Positions 28,473 through 39,500 of a DNA stretch of 64,000 nucleotides are shown here, piece by piece (within the stretch, counting starts at the first letter, position 1; each line of letters starts with the position of its first letter). The notes under the pieces were generated by a model, which did no database searches, had not been told where the DNA came from, and saw nothing but the letters and a program-made list of their open reading frames with translations. The position numbers and the translations under genes are program-made. Source of the stretch: an uncultured bacterium (GTDB taxonomy: Bacteria > Acidobacteriota > Thermoanaerobaculia > Multivoradales > J023); assembly GCA_965371445.1 (NCBI GenBank), contig CBDUYN010000009.1, forward strand, positions 20,051-84,050, in the 5' to 3' direction.

Positions 28473-29339
28473 TCAACCCTCAAAGCGGGCGCGCAGGCGT
28501 GCCAGCTCCGCCTCGGCGGCATCCGCCCGCTGACGCTCCTTTTCGGCGCGCTGACGTTCCTCTTCGGCGCGCTGACGTTCCTCTTCGGTGCGCTGACGTT
28601 CCTCTTCGGCGCGCTGACGTTCCTCTTCGGTGCGCTGACGTTCCTCTTCGGCGCGCTGACGTTCCCCTTCGGTCTCCGTCGGCACCAGCCGACCGTCGGG
28701 GTGGAAGAGCCGCAACCAGGGACCCGTCTTGCCTTTGTACGTGCCGTGCCACACCCCGAGCTCCGCTTCCAGCTCGCGGCTCCACAGACGGCCCTCCGCG
28801 GACCGTACGATCTGCTGGTACGAGTTGTCCAAGAGGCGCCAGCCTTCCAGCGCCAAGCCCTGGGGGGGGTAGAGGAAATACTCCGAGGTCTTGAAGGTCT
28901 CCTCGTAAAGCCGCTTTTTCTCACCGCGGTCATAGGCCGCCGTCGACGGCGAAAGCAGCTCCACGATCAGGTCGGGGAGACGTCCGTCCTCTTGCCAGGC
29001 GACCCAGGCGTAGCGCTCGGGGCTGGGATCGACCCCTTGGACGAGAAAGACGTCCGGACCACGGAAGGCGGTCTTTTTCGGTTTCTCGGCCCGTTTCCCA
29101 CTTTCGAAAAGCGCCAGCTGCCGCTCCTCTTCGGCCACCGCCTGCGCCTGCTCGACCGAGTAGTAGACGAACATGTTGCCCCCGGAATAGAAATCGCTGC
29201 GTCCGAGCTCCAGCATCCGCTGATCGACCAGGGAGAGGAAGAGATTCATCTGCAGACGGTGGTAGGGGTTGTCCATGGGGACTCCGTCTTCTGTGACGAT
29301 CTCGAAGTCGAGCTCTGCGAGGGCTGCTTTCGGGCTCAT
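28473..29339 (-). CDS. Uma2 (DUF820) family PD-(D/E)xK endonuclease-like protein with coiled-coil tail
   Basis: GNMFVYYS, GPDVFLV, PDLIVELLSPSTAAYDRGEKKRLY, EYFLY and WLRLF motifs; GGAGG RBS. Confidence 0.92.
   Translation of the reverse strand: MSPKAALAELDFEIVTEDGVPMDNPYHRLQMNLFLSLVDQRMLELGRSDFYSGGNMFVYYSVEQAQAVAEEERQLALFESGKRAEKPKKTAFRGPDVFLVQGVDPSPERYAWVAWQEDGRLPDLIVELLSPSTAAYDRGEKKRLYEETFKTSEYFLYPPQGLALEGWRLLDNSYQQIVRSAEGRLWSRELEAELGVWHGTYKGKTGPWLRLFHPDGRLVPTETEGERQRAEEERQRTEEERQRAEEERQRTEEERQRAEEERQRAEKERQRADAAEAELARLRARFEG
28528..28673 (-). repeat. 7 x 21-bp intragenic repeat encoding ERQR(A/T)EE heptads
   Basis: CGCTGACGTTCCTCTTCGG(C/T)G tandem units within the Uma2 gene tail. Confidence 0.9.
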
Positions 29340-29484
29340 GATGCCTCCTACGGTTTCGTGACCGCGACCTACAACCTAGCACCGGCCGCCGCGGTCTGTC
29401 GAGGAGCGCCGGACCGACGGTCGCCGGTGTCTCAGCTCCGTGGTGATAAGCTCCGACCATGGAACGGAAGCTGGAATTCGAGCC

Positions 29485-29652
29485 GTGAGCCCACGCGTCA
29501 AGGGCCTCCTCGCCAACCTGGCGCTCCTCGCCACGAGCCTCTTCCTCGCCATCGTCGAGGTGACGGCGGTCTCGACGCAGGCCTGCCCCGAGTGCGCGGC
29601 CGAGGGCCATGACCGCGACGCGCGCTACTGCAAGTACTGTGGCGATCCATTA
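29485..29652 (+). pseudogene. In-frame mosaic: membrane-anchor N-terminus joined to an ion-transporter-like C-terminal zinc ribbon
   Basis: VSPRVKGLLANLALLATSLFLAIVEV followed directly by TAVSTQACPECAAEGHDRDARYCKYCG, a CxxC...CxxC tail like that of bacterial ion-transport proteins (recalled similarity, not searched). Confidence 0.4.
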
Positions 29653-29691
29653 CTCGTTATCTTGGGATCCAAGGTAACGGATACGGATCCC

Positions 29692-29930
29692 TTACTCGTT
29701 ATCCTGGTCTTGCGCGGATCGGGCCGCGCGCCAGAGCTCCAGGTACTTCTCCCGGACGTAGGGGTCGAGCGAGGCGGCGTCGTCCTCTATGAGGCCGTGG
29801 ATCCGGATCAGCTCGAGGACGTCGGCAAGGTCGCGCAGCCGGTGCGGGGCGGTCATTCCCGAGGCCAATTTGAGCTCGATCAACGTCGCGAGGGGCAGGA
29901 GCGAGAAGCTCTCCCCCAGAACCGCCGCTG
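29692..29930 (-). pseudogene. 3' fragment of a nucleotidyltransferase-like hypothetical protein
   Basis: LPLATLIELKLASGMTAPHRLRDLADVLELIR...LDPYVREKYLELW has the LIxLK...R.RD.AD helical motif; the N-terminal part is absent. Confidence 0.55.
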
Positions 29931-29985
29931 CAAAACGGGACACCTCCTGGATGCAGCCTACCACAGGGTGGGGAGGGATGAACTT

Positions 29986-30013
29986 GCCACTCGTGGCCGG
30001 CTCCGGGGTTGGG
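29986..30013 (+). repeat. 28-bp direct repeat, left copy
   Basis: GCCACTCGTGGCCGGCTCCGGGGTTGGG, identical to 31911-31938. Confidence 0.92.
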
Positions 30014-30109
30014 CCTCCGCGCCCCCCAGGTCCTGGTAGGCTCAGCTATATCGAACCGAGCCCAAGCCCGTGCGGTGGGTTCCTCGTCCACCGGAACAGG
30101 AGACACGAC

Positions 30110-31915
30110 ATGGAGAGCTGGATTCACGATCTGCGTTTCTCGCTGCGCGCCTTCGCCCAGCGTCCGACGTTCACCGCCCTCGCTGTGGCGACCCTCGCCC
30201 TCGGCATCGGCATGACGAGCTCGATCTTCAGCATCGTCCACGCGGTCCTCTTCGAGCCCCTGCCCATCGACGACGCGAGCCGGGTGGTCATGGTCGACCG
30301 GATGTCGTCGGCCGGGCACCGGATCTCGGTCTCGATCCCCACCTTCCAGGACTGGCGCGACCGCAATCGCAGCTTCGAGGACCTGGGCGCCTTCCGCTGG
30401 TCGTCGTCGAACCTCACCGACGAAGGCGAGGCGGCGAGGCTCGCCTCGTCGCAGGTGACGCCGGGCTTTTTCCGTGCCCTCGGACGCGAGCCCCTGAGCG
30501 GACGCCTCTTCGGCGACGAGGCCGGGGAACGCGGCGCGCCGCGCGAGGCCGTCGTCTCGGAACGCTTCTGGGACGACCGCCTGGGACGCCGCGCGGACGT
30601 CCTCGGCTCTACCCTGCGCCTCGACGGCGAGCCCTTCACCGTCATCGGTGTCCTTCCGGCCGACTTCATCTTTCCGTCGCGCCAGATCTCCGTATGGCTG
30701 CCCCTCGGCGCTTTCGCCGAGCAGCTGCCCTGGGACAAGCGCGGCTCCAGTCCCGGCCTCTACGCCGTCGGACGGTTGAAGGACGGCGTCACCCGGGCCC
30801 AGGTGGACGAGGACTTCACTGCCATGACCGCCCAGATCGCCGAGATCTCGGGCAACGAGGAGCCGACGCCGCGAGTCCAGACGCTTCCCGAGGCCCTCCT
30901 CGGCCAGGTCCGCGCGCCGCTCCTGACGCTTTTGGGCGCGGTCGGCTTCGTGCTGGCGATCGCCTGCGCCAACGTCGCCAGCCTGCTCCTGGCACGCGGT
31001 GAGTCGCGCTCCCGCGAGATCGCCACCCGGCGCGCCGTGGGCGCCAGCCGCGGCCGCATCGTCCGCCAGTTGCTCACCGAGAGCGTCGTCCTGGCGGCGG
31101 CCGGCGGCCTCCTCGGGCTCCTGGTGGCCCGGGCGAGCCTCGACGCCCTGGTCGCCTGGCTGCCGAGCCAGGTGCCGCTCCTGGAACGCGTCGCCCTCGA
31201 CGGACGGGTGCTCGGCTGGATGCTAGCCGTCACCTTGTTGACGGGACTCGTCTTCGGCACCGTGCCGGCCCTTCTCGCGTCGCGCACCGACCTGATCTCG
31301 GAGCTCCGTGAAGGCGCCCGGCAGGCGGGACGCCGCCATCCTCTGCTCCAGGCCCTGGTGGTCTTCGAGCTCACGGCCGCCGTGGTGCTGCTCGTCGGCG
31401 CGGGACTTCTGACCCGCAGCCTCCTCGAGCTGAGCCGCGTCGACCCCGGCTTCCGCGCCGACGGTGTGATCACCATGCGCCTCAGCCTGCCCGCCGCGAC
31501 GTACGACGAAGGACGCTGGCCGGCGTTTTACGACCAACTCGTCGAGCGCGTCGACGCCTTGCCCGGCGTCGAGCACGCCGCCGTCAACAGCCTGGTGCCG
31601 TTGTGGAGCGGGGGCTCCGAGAGCATGGTCGTTCCCGAGGGCGTCGAGCCCGATCCGAAAAACGGCGAGTCGGTCCTCTTCCAGAGCGCGAGCGCCGGCT
31701 ACTTCGAAGCCCTGGGGGTCCCGCTGCTCCAGGGCCGGACCTTTCTCCCAACCGACGTCGCCGACGCGCCCCACATCGTGGTGATCGACAAGACCCTGGC
31801 CGAGACCTTCTGGCCTGGCGAGCCGGCCCTGGGACGCCGCATCGCTTTCGAGTTCGACATCGAGACGGACCCGCCGTCGCCGATCTGGCGCGAGGTGGTC
31901 GGTGTCGTCGGCCAC
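30110..31915 (+). pseudogene. ADOP-type (duplicated MacB/FtsX) ABC permease, 3'-truncated
   Basis: DLRFSLR...TLALGIG, LAIACANVASLLLAR...REIATRRAVGA...QLLTES, DPGF. Breaks at EVVGVVGH (~602 aa), before the second FtsX domain, exactly at the 28-bp repeat; the frame closes at 31942. Confidence 0.88.
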
Positions 31916-31938
31916 TCGTGGCCGGCTCCGGGGTTGGG
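31911..31938 (+). repeat. 28-bp direct repeat, right copy
   Basis: Identical to 29986-30013. Confidence 0.92.
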
Positions 31939-31973
31939 GTGAGGGCCTGTCCTACCCGCCCCCTACGGGACGG

Positions 31974-32056
31974 GCAGGCGGGACGCCTGCGCTCCCAGCA
32001 GAAGAGGGGGAGCCCGGATGTGGGACTTCGTCCCTACGGCAGGCGGGACGCCTGCC
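31974..32056. repeat. Two REP-like palindromic elements
   Basis: GCAGGCG-GGA-CGCCTGC hairpins at 31974-31990 (followed by GCTCCCAG) and 32039-32055, each with CCCTACGG just upstream. Confidence 0.65.
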
Positions 32057-32480
32057 GGACGCACCAGCGTCCTATCTCCCGGGCCACGCCTCATCGGGGC
32101 TCCAGGCGTGCGCGTTCCTCATGCAACCAGCGGCTGAGTTGCTCTTCGCTCGGCAACTCCAACACGTAGCGTGAGACGAAGAGCGCATCCGCGACTCCTG
32201 CCATGGTGTAGCGAACGACCTCCGTATTTTTGCCCGAGCACAGGAGGATCCCTACCGGCGGGTTGCTGGATGCGCACGCCCTGATTTGGCACCTCCGAGA
32301 CTCGGATTCCCTCTCGCCCGCTTCCCGATGGCCGCGAGGCGGTCACTGATCAGCCGCAACTCCGCCTGCGCCGACGGCACCGTGGCGTTCACTCACCGCC
32401 CTCACGACGCCGCAACACCCGGTGTAGAGTGCTCCTTCGGAGGCCATCTCGGTCACGGCCTGAAACGCGGGGGCTCATTC

Positions 32481-33443
32481 ATGGACAAGACCGGAAGATC
32501 TCTCGGCATGGGATGGATCCTGGCGACCCTCGCTTCGGCGAGCGGCGTCCACCGAGGGTCCAAGGCGGTGCTCGGACCGCCCCTACCTCGTAATCCCCTG
32601 AGCCGTCTCTTCCTGGCCGGCAAGGCGGCTGCCGCCTGCGCCCTGGCTCTTTCTCTCGACGCTCTGACCGGGAACCCCGACCACGTGACGTCGACGTTCG
32701 TGGCCGTGCTCTCGGTCTCGCCGGTCGTCCTGATGGGGCTCCGGCGATCTCTCGACCAGGTGGTGGGGAGCGTCGTGGGTGGCCTCTGGGGCGGCGGCGC
32801 GATGCTGCTCGGCCTGGGGCCGGGAATCGGCATCCCGCTGGCGGTCGGAGCCGCCGTCTTGACGGCGTTCGGCCTGGGGTTCGAGCGTGGTTATACCGTG
32901 GCCGCGTTTTCGGCGCTCTTCGTCCAGGCGGTGCCCTGGGGAGGCCCTCTCGCGACCCTTGAGGTGCGCTTCCTGGCCGTGGGGACCGCGGCGGCAAGCG
33001 CCTTCATGGTCAACCTCCTCTTCTCGGCCGCCGCCTATCGGAACATCTTCCGCCGTCGGATGCGTTTCGCCGAGGCCACCGTCTCGACTCTTCTGAGCCG
33101 GGCCGCGGAAGAAGGGCCGGCGGTGGTGCGCTCGGGCTTTCCGGTGCTGGCCGCCCTGGAGGCGGAGCTCGCTCTGGCGACGGAGGAGCTGCGGTTCCGG
33201 CGGGCGCGGAAAACGGAGGCCTGGATTGCCGGGCTCACACAGCGCGCCGCCAACCTGCGCCGCCTTCTGCACTTGGTCCTGGACCTCGTCTACCGGCTGG
33301 AGGAGGAGGGTTTGCCCGAGGACACGATGCAGGAGTGGTTGCGTTGGCTGGTACAGGAAGGAGAAGGTGAACCGGAAGTTCCGTCCGAGCTCGTCGCGAC
33401 CACCCGGCGGATTCGAGAGCTCGGAAAAACGCTTCGCTCCTGA
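32481..33443 (+). CDS. Aromatic-acid-exporter / FUSC-like membrane protein
   Basis: KAAAA...STFVAVLSVSP...QVVGSVVGG multi-TM N-terminal domain with RFLAVG motif and a helical cytoplasmic tail. Start uncertain (alternative GTG 32568). Confidence 0.75.
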   Translation: MDKTGRSLGMGWILATLASASGVHRGSKAVLGPPLPRNPLSRLFLAGKAAAACALALSLDALTGNPDHVTSTFVAVLSVSPVVLMGLRRSLDQVVGSVVGGLWGGGAMLLGLGPGIGIPLAVGAAVLTAFGLGFERGYTVAAFSALFVQAVPWGGPLATLEVRFLAVGTAAASAFMVNLLFSAAAYRNIFRRRMRFAEATVSTLLSRAAEEGPAVVRSGFPVLAALEAELALATEELRFRRARKTEAWIAGLTQRAANLRRLLHLVLDLVYRLEEEGLPEDTMQEWLRWLVQEGEGEPEVPSELVATTRRIRELGKTLRS

Positions 33444-33585
33444 CTTTTCTGAAGGGTTCCGGCTCTGCTGGCCGAGGGCCTAAACGCCTCCCTGTCGCGA
33501 GATGCCCAGGCGTCGGGCGGCTGCGGACTTGTTGCCCTCGCTGCGCCTTTGGCCGCGCAAGCGCCGACGCGGAGCGCCGGATCGG

Positions 33586-36500
33586 TCAAGCTTTCGGGGC
33601 CGACCTCGCGAGCGAGGCCGAGAGTCGTTCGGCCAAGACCCGGACATGGGGCTCTCGCATCATCGAGCGGTGATCCCCCGGCACCCGCGAGATCTCGACG
33701 TCGGCGGCCACGTCGTGCCACGAAGCGAGCTCTTCCTCCGTCCAGTCCGCGGAGAGCAGGAGCGTGATCCGTCCGTCGTAGAAGCCCGGGACGTAACGGT
33801 CGATTGCCTCCAGGTTGTTGCGGAAGAGGCGATAGAGGTGACCCAGACGTTTGGGGCCGATGCCGTTTTCGAGGAGCTCGTTCGTGCGGGCCCGGTCGTG
33901 GAGCCGTCGCAAGCCCTCTTCGGGCGGCAGCGCCTCCCAGGCCGGATCGCAGAGCTCGGCCGGTATCCCCAGCTCTTCGGCGAAGGCCGCGAGGCTCGAC
34001 GTGGAGCTGCCGTTCTCCCCGGGGACCGCCGAGTCGATGAGGACGACGAGCGCCGCCTCGCCGCCGTCGTCGCGGAGCTGGCGTGCCATCTCGAAGGCGA
34101 TCCAGCCGCCCATCGACCAGCCACCCAGCAGGTACGGCCCTTGCAGAGAGACCTCGCGCACCGCCGCCAGGTAAGCGCGGGCCATCGCCTCGACGTCGCC
34201 GAGGAACGGCTTGCCGTCCTCATGACCCACCGATTGCAGGGCGTAGACCGAAAGCTCCGGCGGCAGGTGGGCGACCAGCTCGCGGTATCCCAGGACGTGT
34301 CCGCCCACCGGGTGGACGCAAAAGAGCGGCGTCGGCTCGCCCGCGGCCAGCTCCACGACGAGGGAGGGCCGCGGTCCCGGCTGGCCGTCGATCCGCGCCG
34401 CAAGACGGCGGAGCGTCGGCTCGTGAAAGAGCTCCGAGAGCGCCAGCGCGACGCCGAGGCGTTCCTCGATCCGGGCCAGCAGGCGCACCGCCAGGAGCGA
34501 ATGCCCTCCGAGGGCGAAGAACTCGCCGTCGCCCTCGACGCTCTCGAGGCCCAGGACCTCGGCGTAGACGGCGGCCAGCCGCCTCTCCGTCGGCCCGGTG
34601 GGGCACGTCGCCTGGCGCTCGGCGGTGGGCAGAGGACGCCGCACGAGCTCTCCGCGGTCGACCTTGCCGGCGGGGGTGCTCGGCAGCGCGTCGATCGTGA
34701 CGAAAGCCGCCGGCACCATCGCCGCCGGCAGGCGCTCGTTCAGGAACCGCCGCCATTCGGCCGAGCCGGTCTCGCGGCGCGCCTCGCGGGCGACGACGAA
34801 AGCCACCAGACCCTGGTCCGCAGACGTCAGCTCGCGGACGACGACGGCGGCCTGGCGCACCGCGGGGTGACGGGCGAGCTCGGCCTCGACCTCCCCGGGC
34901 TCGATGCGCTGGCCACGGAGCTTCACCTGGTGGTCGGTCCGTCCCAGGAAGTGGATCGTACCGTCGGCGCCGCGGCGGGCGAGGTCTCCGGTGCGGTAGA
35001 GCCGTGCCCCGCGGCGTCCGCTCCAGGGGTCCGGCAAAAAGCGCTCGGCCGTCGGCCGCGGACCGTTCCAGTAGCCGCGTCCCGGGGGCGCCGCGCCGAC
35101 GAAGAGCTCGCCGGCGGCACCGATCGGCACCGGCCGAAGCTCGTCGTCGAGGAGGTGGAGGTCGGTGTTGGCGCCTGGCCGTCCGAGAGCGAGGACGGCG
35201 GTCTCCGGACGGCGCTCGCAGGCCCTCGCCGTGACGCCGATCGACGCCTCCGCGGGTCCGTAGAAGTTGTGCAGCGTCGTGGCTTCTGCGAATCGTTCGG
35301 CGAAGCGCTCGGCGTGTCCGCCCGGCAGGGCCTCGCCGCCGCAGATCACCCAGCGCAGGCTCGCGGAGCGCTCGGCCTCGTCCTCTTCGAGCCAGAGGGG
35401 CAGCGTCGAAGGCACATGGTGCAGGACCGTGACCTTCTCGCGGGCGACGAGGTGAGCCAGGTAAGCGCTGTCGAGGTGTCCGCCGGGTTTGGCGACTACC
35501 AGGGCGGCGCCGCAGAGGAGCGGCCACAGGGTCTCCCAGATCGCGACGTCAAAAGACGCCGGCGTCTTCTGAGCCACACGGTCGAGCGTCGACAGGGGAT
35601 AGTCGCGCCGCATCCACAGGAGGTGGTTGGCGAGGCCCCGGTGGGTGTTGACCGCCGCCTTGGGGCGTCCCGTGGAGCCGGAGGTGTAGATCAGGTAGGC
35701 GGCGGCGTCGGGATCGACGTCGGCGGGAGGCGCCGGGGCACCTCGACGCTCGATCACCGGCCAGTCGGCGTCGAGGCAGAGGGCGGGCAACGGCCCGAGC
35801 TCGTCGACGAGCGGCCGCAGCTTCTCCTGGGTCAGGAGCAGCGAGAGGCGGGCGTCGTCGATCGTCCAGGCGAGTCGCATCCGTGGGTGAGCCGGGTCGA
35901 CGGGGACGGCCGTGCCACCCGCGGCGAGCGTGGCGAGCAGCGCCACCACCATCTCCGGCGAGCGCTCGCCGAGAAGACCGACGCGCTTTTCCGGGCCCAC
36001 CCCGAGGCCGCGGAGGAAGCCGGCCAGCTGCAGGGTACGCTCGTGGAGCTCGCGGTAGCTCCACGTCCGGCCTGCGAAGACGATCGCGTCGGCCTCTCCG
36101 GTCCGCGCCGCCTGCTCGGCAAAGAGCCGCGGCACCGTGAGCGCCTCCTCGCCCCAGTCGGCGGCCGTGTCGTTCCACTCGCGCAGCAGCTGGTGGCGCT
36201 CCGCGGTACCCAGTAGGTCCAGCTCGCCGATCCGCCGGTCCGGCGCCTCGACGAAGCCGCGCAGGAGGTTCTCGTAGCCGCTGAGGAGCCGGCGGACACT
36301 CGTCTCGTCAAAGAGGCCGGCGTCGTAGTCGGCGGTCCCCGTGACGCCGTCTGCCGAGCGGGAAACGGAGAGCGTGAGCTCAAAGAGCGCCGTGCCCTCG
36401 TCCTCGTCGAACGGCATGGCCTCAAGCTCTTCCAGCTCCGGGACGTCGTCGCCGTCGTCCTCCAGGAACATCACCTCGAAAAGCGGGTTCTCGCCGGGAC

Positions 36501-39500
36501 GCCGGTGCGGGGCGAGCTCCTGGACGAGGCGCTCGAAAGGCAGGTCCTGGTGGGCGTGGACGTCGAGCGCGACCTCGCGGACCCGGTGCAGGAGCTCGCG
36601 CACCGTGGGGTCGCCGCCGAGGTCGACGCGCAGCAGGACGGTGTTGACGAAAAGACCCGCCAACCCCTCGGTCTCGCGCCGGTTGCGGTTGGCGACCGGC
36701 GAGCCGAGGACGACGTCGTTCGTACCGGCGTAGCGTCCGGCGAGCGCCGCGAAAGCGGCGAGGCTGGTCATGAAAAACGTCGTCCCCGCCTCCAGCCGCA
36801 AGCGTTCGAGTCCCTGGCTCAAGGAGGCCGGCAGCTGCCGGGCGTAGAGGGCGGGGCGGGGCCGGCGTTCGGCGGGCCGGGGCCGGTCGGCGGGAAGGTG
36901 CAGGGCCGGCGGCAAGCCATCGAGGTGGTGGCGCCACCAGTCGAGCTCGCGGCGTAGGGTCTCGCCGCCGAGGTGTCGTCGCTGCCAGCGGGCGAAATCG
37001 GCGTAGGCGATCGGCAGCGGGGCGAGCGGTGACGGACGGCGATGCCGGGCGGCGCGGTAGAGCTCGCCGAGCTCGTGGTGGAATATCGTCTCGGAGTAGC
37101 CGTCGAAGACGATGTGATGGACGGTGCGGGAGAAGACGTGGCGCCCCGGGCCGAGGACGAAGAGCACGGCGCGGAGCAGCGGTCCGTCCGCGAGGCCGAA
37201 GCTACGATGGGCCTCGCGGCGGCAGAGCTTCCCGGCCGTGGGCTGTCGCCTCTCGGCGGGCAGTGCGGAGAGGTCGACGATCGGCAGGGCGGCGTCGCCG
37301 CTCGGGGCGATCCGCAGGCAGGGCTCGCCGGCCTGGCTCGGGAACCGGCTCCGCAGCACCTCGTGGCGTTGGACGACGCCCCGCAGCGCCGCCGCGAGGG
37401 CGGCGACGTCGAGCGGTCCTTGGAGCGCGAGAGCGCTGTGGACGTGGTACCGCGTTCCCGAGGCGAGGTCCAGTCCTTCGAGGAGCCACATCCGTTCCTG
37501 GGCGAAGGAGAGGGGGAGGTCGCCGCCGGGCGGCGCCGGTAGGATGGGCGGTGCGGCGGCAAGCGGCGGTGCCGTCTCCAGGTGACGGGCGAGCTCGCGG
37601 ATCGTCGGTCCGTCGAAGAAGACGCGCAGGGCCAGCTCCCGGCCCAGGTCCGTCCGGATGCGCGAGACCACCTGGAGGGCGTTCAGGGAATGGCCGCCGA
37701 GGACGAAGAAGCTCTCGTCGACGCTGATCCTCCGACGTTCCAGGACCCGGGACCAGATCCCGGCGAGGATCTCCTCGGTCGGGGTCGCCGGAGGCGTGAC
37801 GGCCTCTGCCAAGGCCTCGACGGAGCGTCGGGCGAGGGCGCGGCGGTCGACCTTGCCGGTAGGGGAGCGCGGCATCTCGTCGACGGCGGTGAAGGCCGCG
37901 GGGACCATGTGGGCGGGGAGCTTCTCCAGGAGGGCGGCGCGGAGCTCGCCGGGGTCGCGGGCGGTGTCGGCCACGAGGTGGGCGACCAGCCGCCGTTCGC
38001 TCCCCTCGCCCTGGACGAGGACGGCGGCCTCGCGCACCCCCTCGACGGCGATCAGGGCCGCCTCGACCTCGCCCAGCTCGATGCGAAAGCCGCGCACTTT
38101 GACCTGGTGGTCGCGCCGCCCCAGGAACTCCAGGGTGGCGTCGTGGCGCCAGCGGGCGAGGTCGCCCGTACGGTAGAGCCGGGCGCCGCGGTCGGCGAAG
38201 GGGTTCGGGACGAACCTCTCGGCGGTCACCGCCGGCCTCCGCCGATAGCCGCGGGCCAGGCCGCCGCCGCCGAGATGGACCTCGCCAGGGGCGGCGATCG
38301 CCACGGCCTCCATCCGGGGACCCAGGACATGGACGCGCGTCGCGTCGACGGGCCGGCCGATCGGGACCGCGCCCGGCGTCGCGTCGACGCGGTGGACGAG
38401 CGACCAGACGGTGGCCTCGGTGGGACCGTAGAGGTTCCAGGCTTCCGGCGAGCGCCGGTGGAGCTCCTGGGCAAGGCCGCGCGGCATCTCCTCGCCGCCG
38501 CAAAGCGCTTTCAAGCCGTCGCCGCCTGGCCAGCCGGCGTCGAGCAGCAAGCGCCAGGTCGCTGGCGTCCCCTGGAGGAGGGTGGCGCCGGTGTCGGCGA
38601 GGGCCTCGCGGAGGCGTTCGCCGTCGCTTGCCGTCGCGCGGTCGACGAGGACGACGCGGGCGCCCCGCGTCAGGGGCAGCCAGAGCTCCAGGGCCGCGAT
38701 GTCGAAGCTGATGGTCGTGACCGCGAGGACGACGTCGCGGCGATGGAGGCCGGGACGCCGGGCCATGGCGGCGAGGAGTTGGACGAGCGTCCGGTGGGTG
38801 ACCTCGACGCCCTTTGGCTGGCCGGTGGAGCCGGAGGTGTAAAGGACGTAGGCCAGGTTGTCCAGGCTGTAGCCCGGGGATTCATCCCCGGGTAAGGGCG
38901 GTGTCGATGCCCTCGGTCTGCGATCTGCCAGCCATCCTTTCTTGGCAACCAGAGCCGCGAGCCCCGCGTCGTCCATGATGAGCTCCAGCCGCTCCGCCGG
39001 GTACGAAGGATCGAGAGGGACGTAGGCGCCTCCCGCCTTCCAGACGGCCAGCAGGGCGACGACCATCTCGACCGAGCGTTCGACGGCCACTCCGACGAGC
39101 GCTTCGGGACCGACGCCCACGTCGCGAAGCCGCCTCGCCAGCTCCTCGGCCCGCCGGTCGAGCTCGCCGTAGGTCAGCTCCTCCGCGAGGGCGTCGGCCG
39201 GTCGGAAGACGAGGGCGACCGAGCCGGCCTTGCGCCGGGCTTCTGCCTCGAAGAGCTGGAGGGCCGAGCGCACCGGCGGTGTCGTCGACGGTCCCGGCGC
39301 CCATTCGACGCTCAGCTGATGGCGCTCGGCCGCGCTCAGGACGCTGAGCTCCGCAGCCTCCTGCCCGAAGCCGTCCGCGAGAGCGGTGAGCACCGTCTCG
39401 AGATGGTGCAGCGAGCGCCTCGCCAGGGCCGCGCCGACGCGGCGCCGGTCGTAGCTGAGCTCAAAAGTCAGCCGGTGGCCGGGCAGGGCGTAGAGGGTCA

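Noticed and set aside
28528-28673. 21-bp repeats as CRISPR, or the antisense (LFGALTF)n ORF as a membrane protein
   Set aside because: They encode the common ERQRAEE coiled-coil tail of Uma2 proteins.
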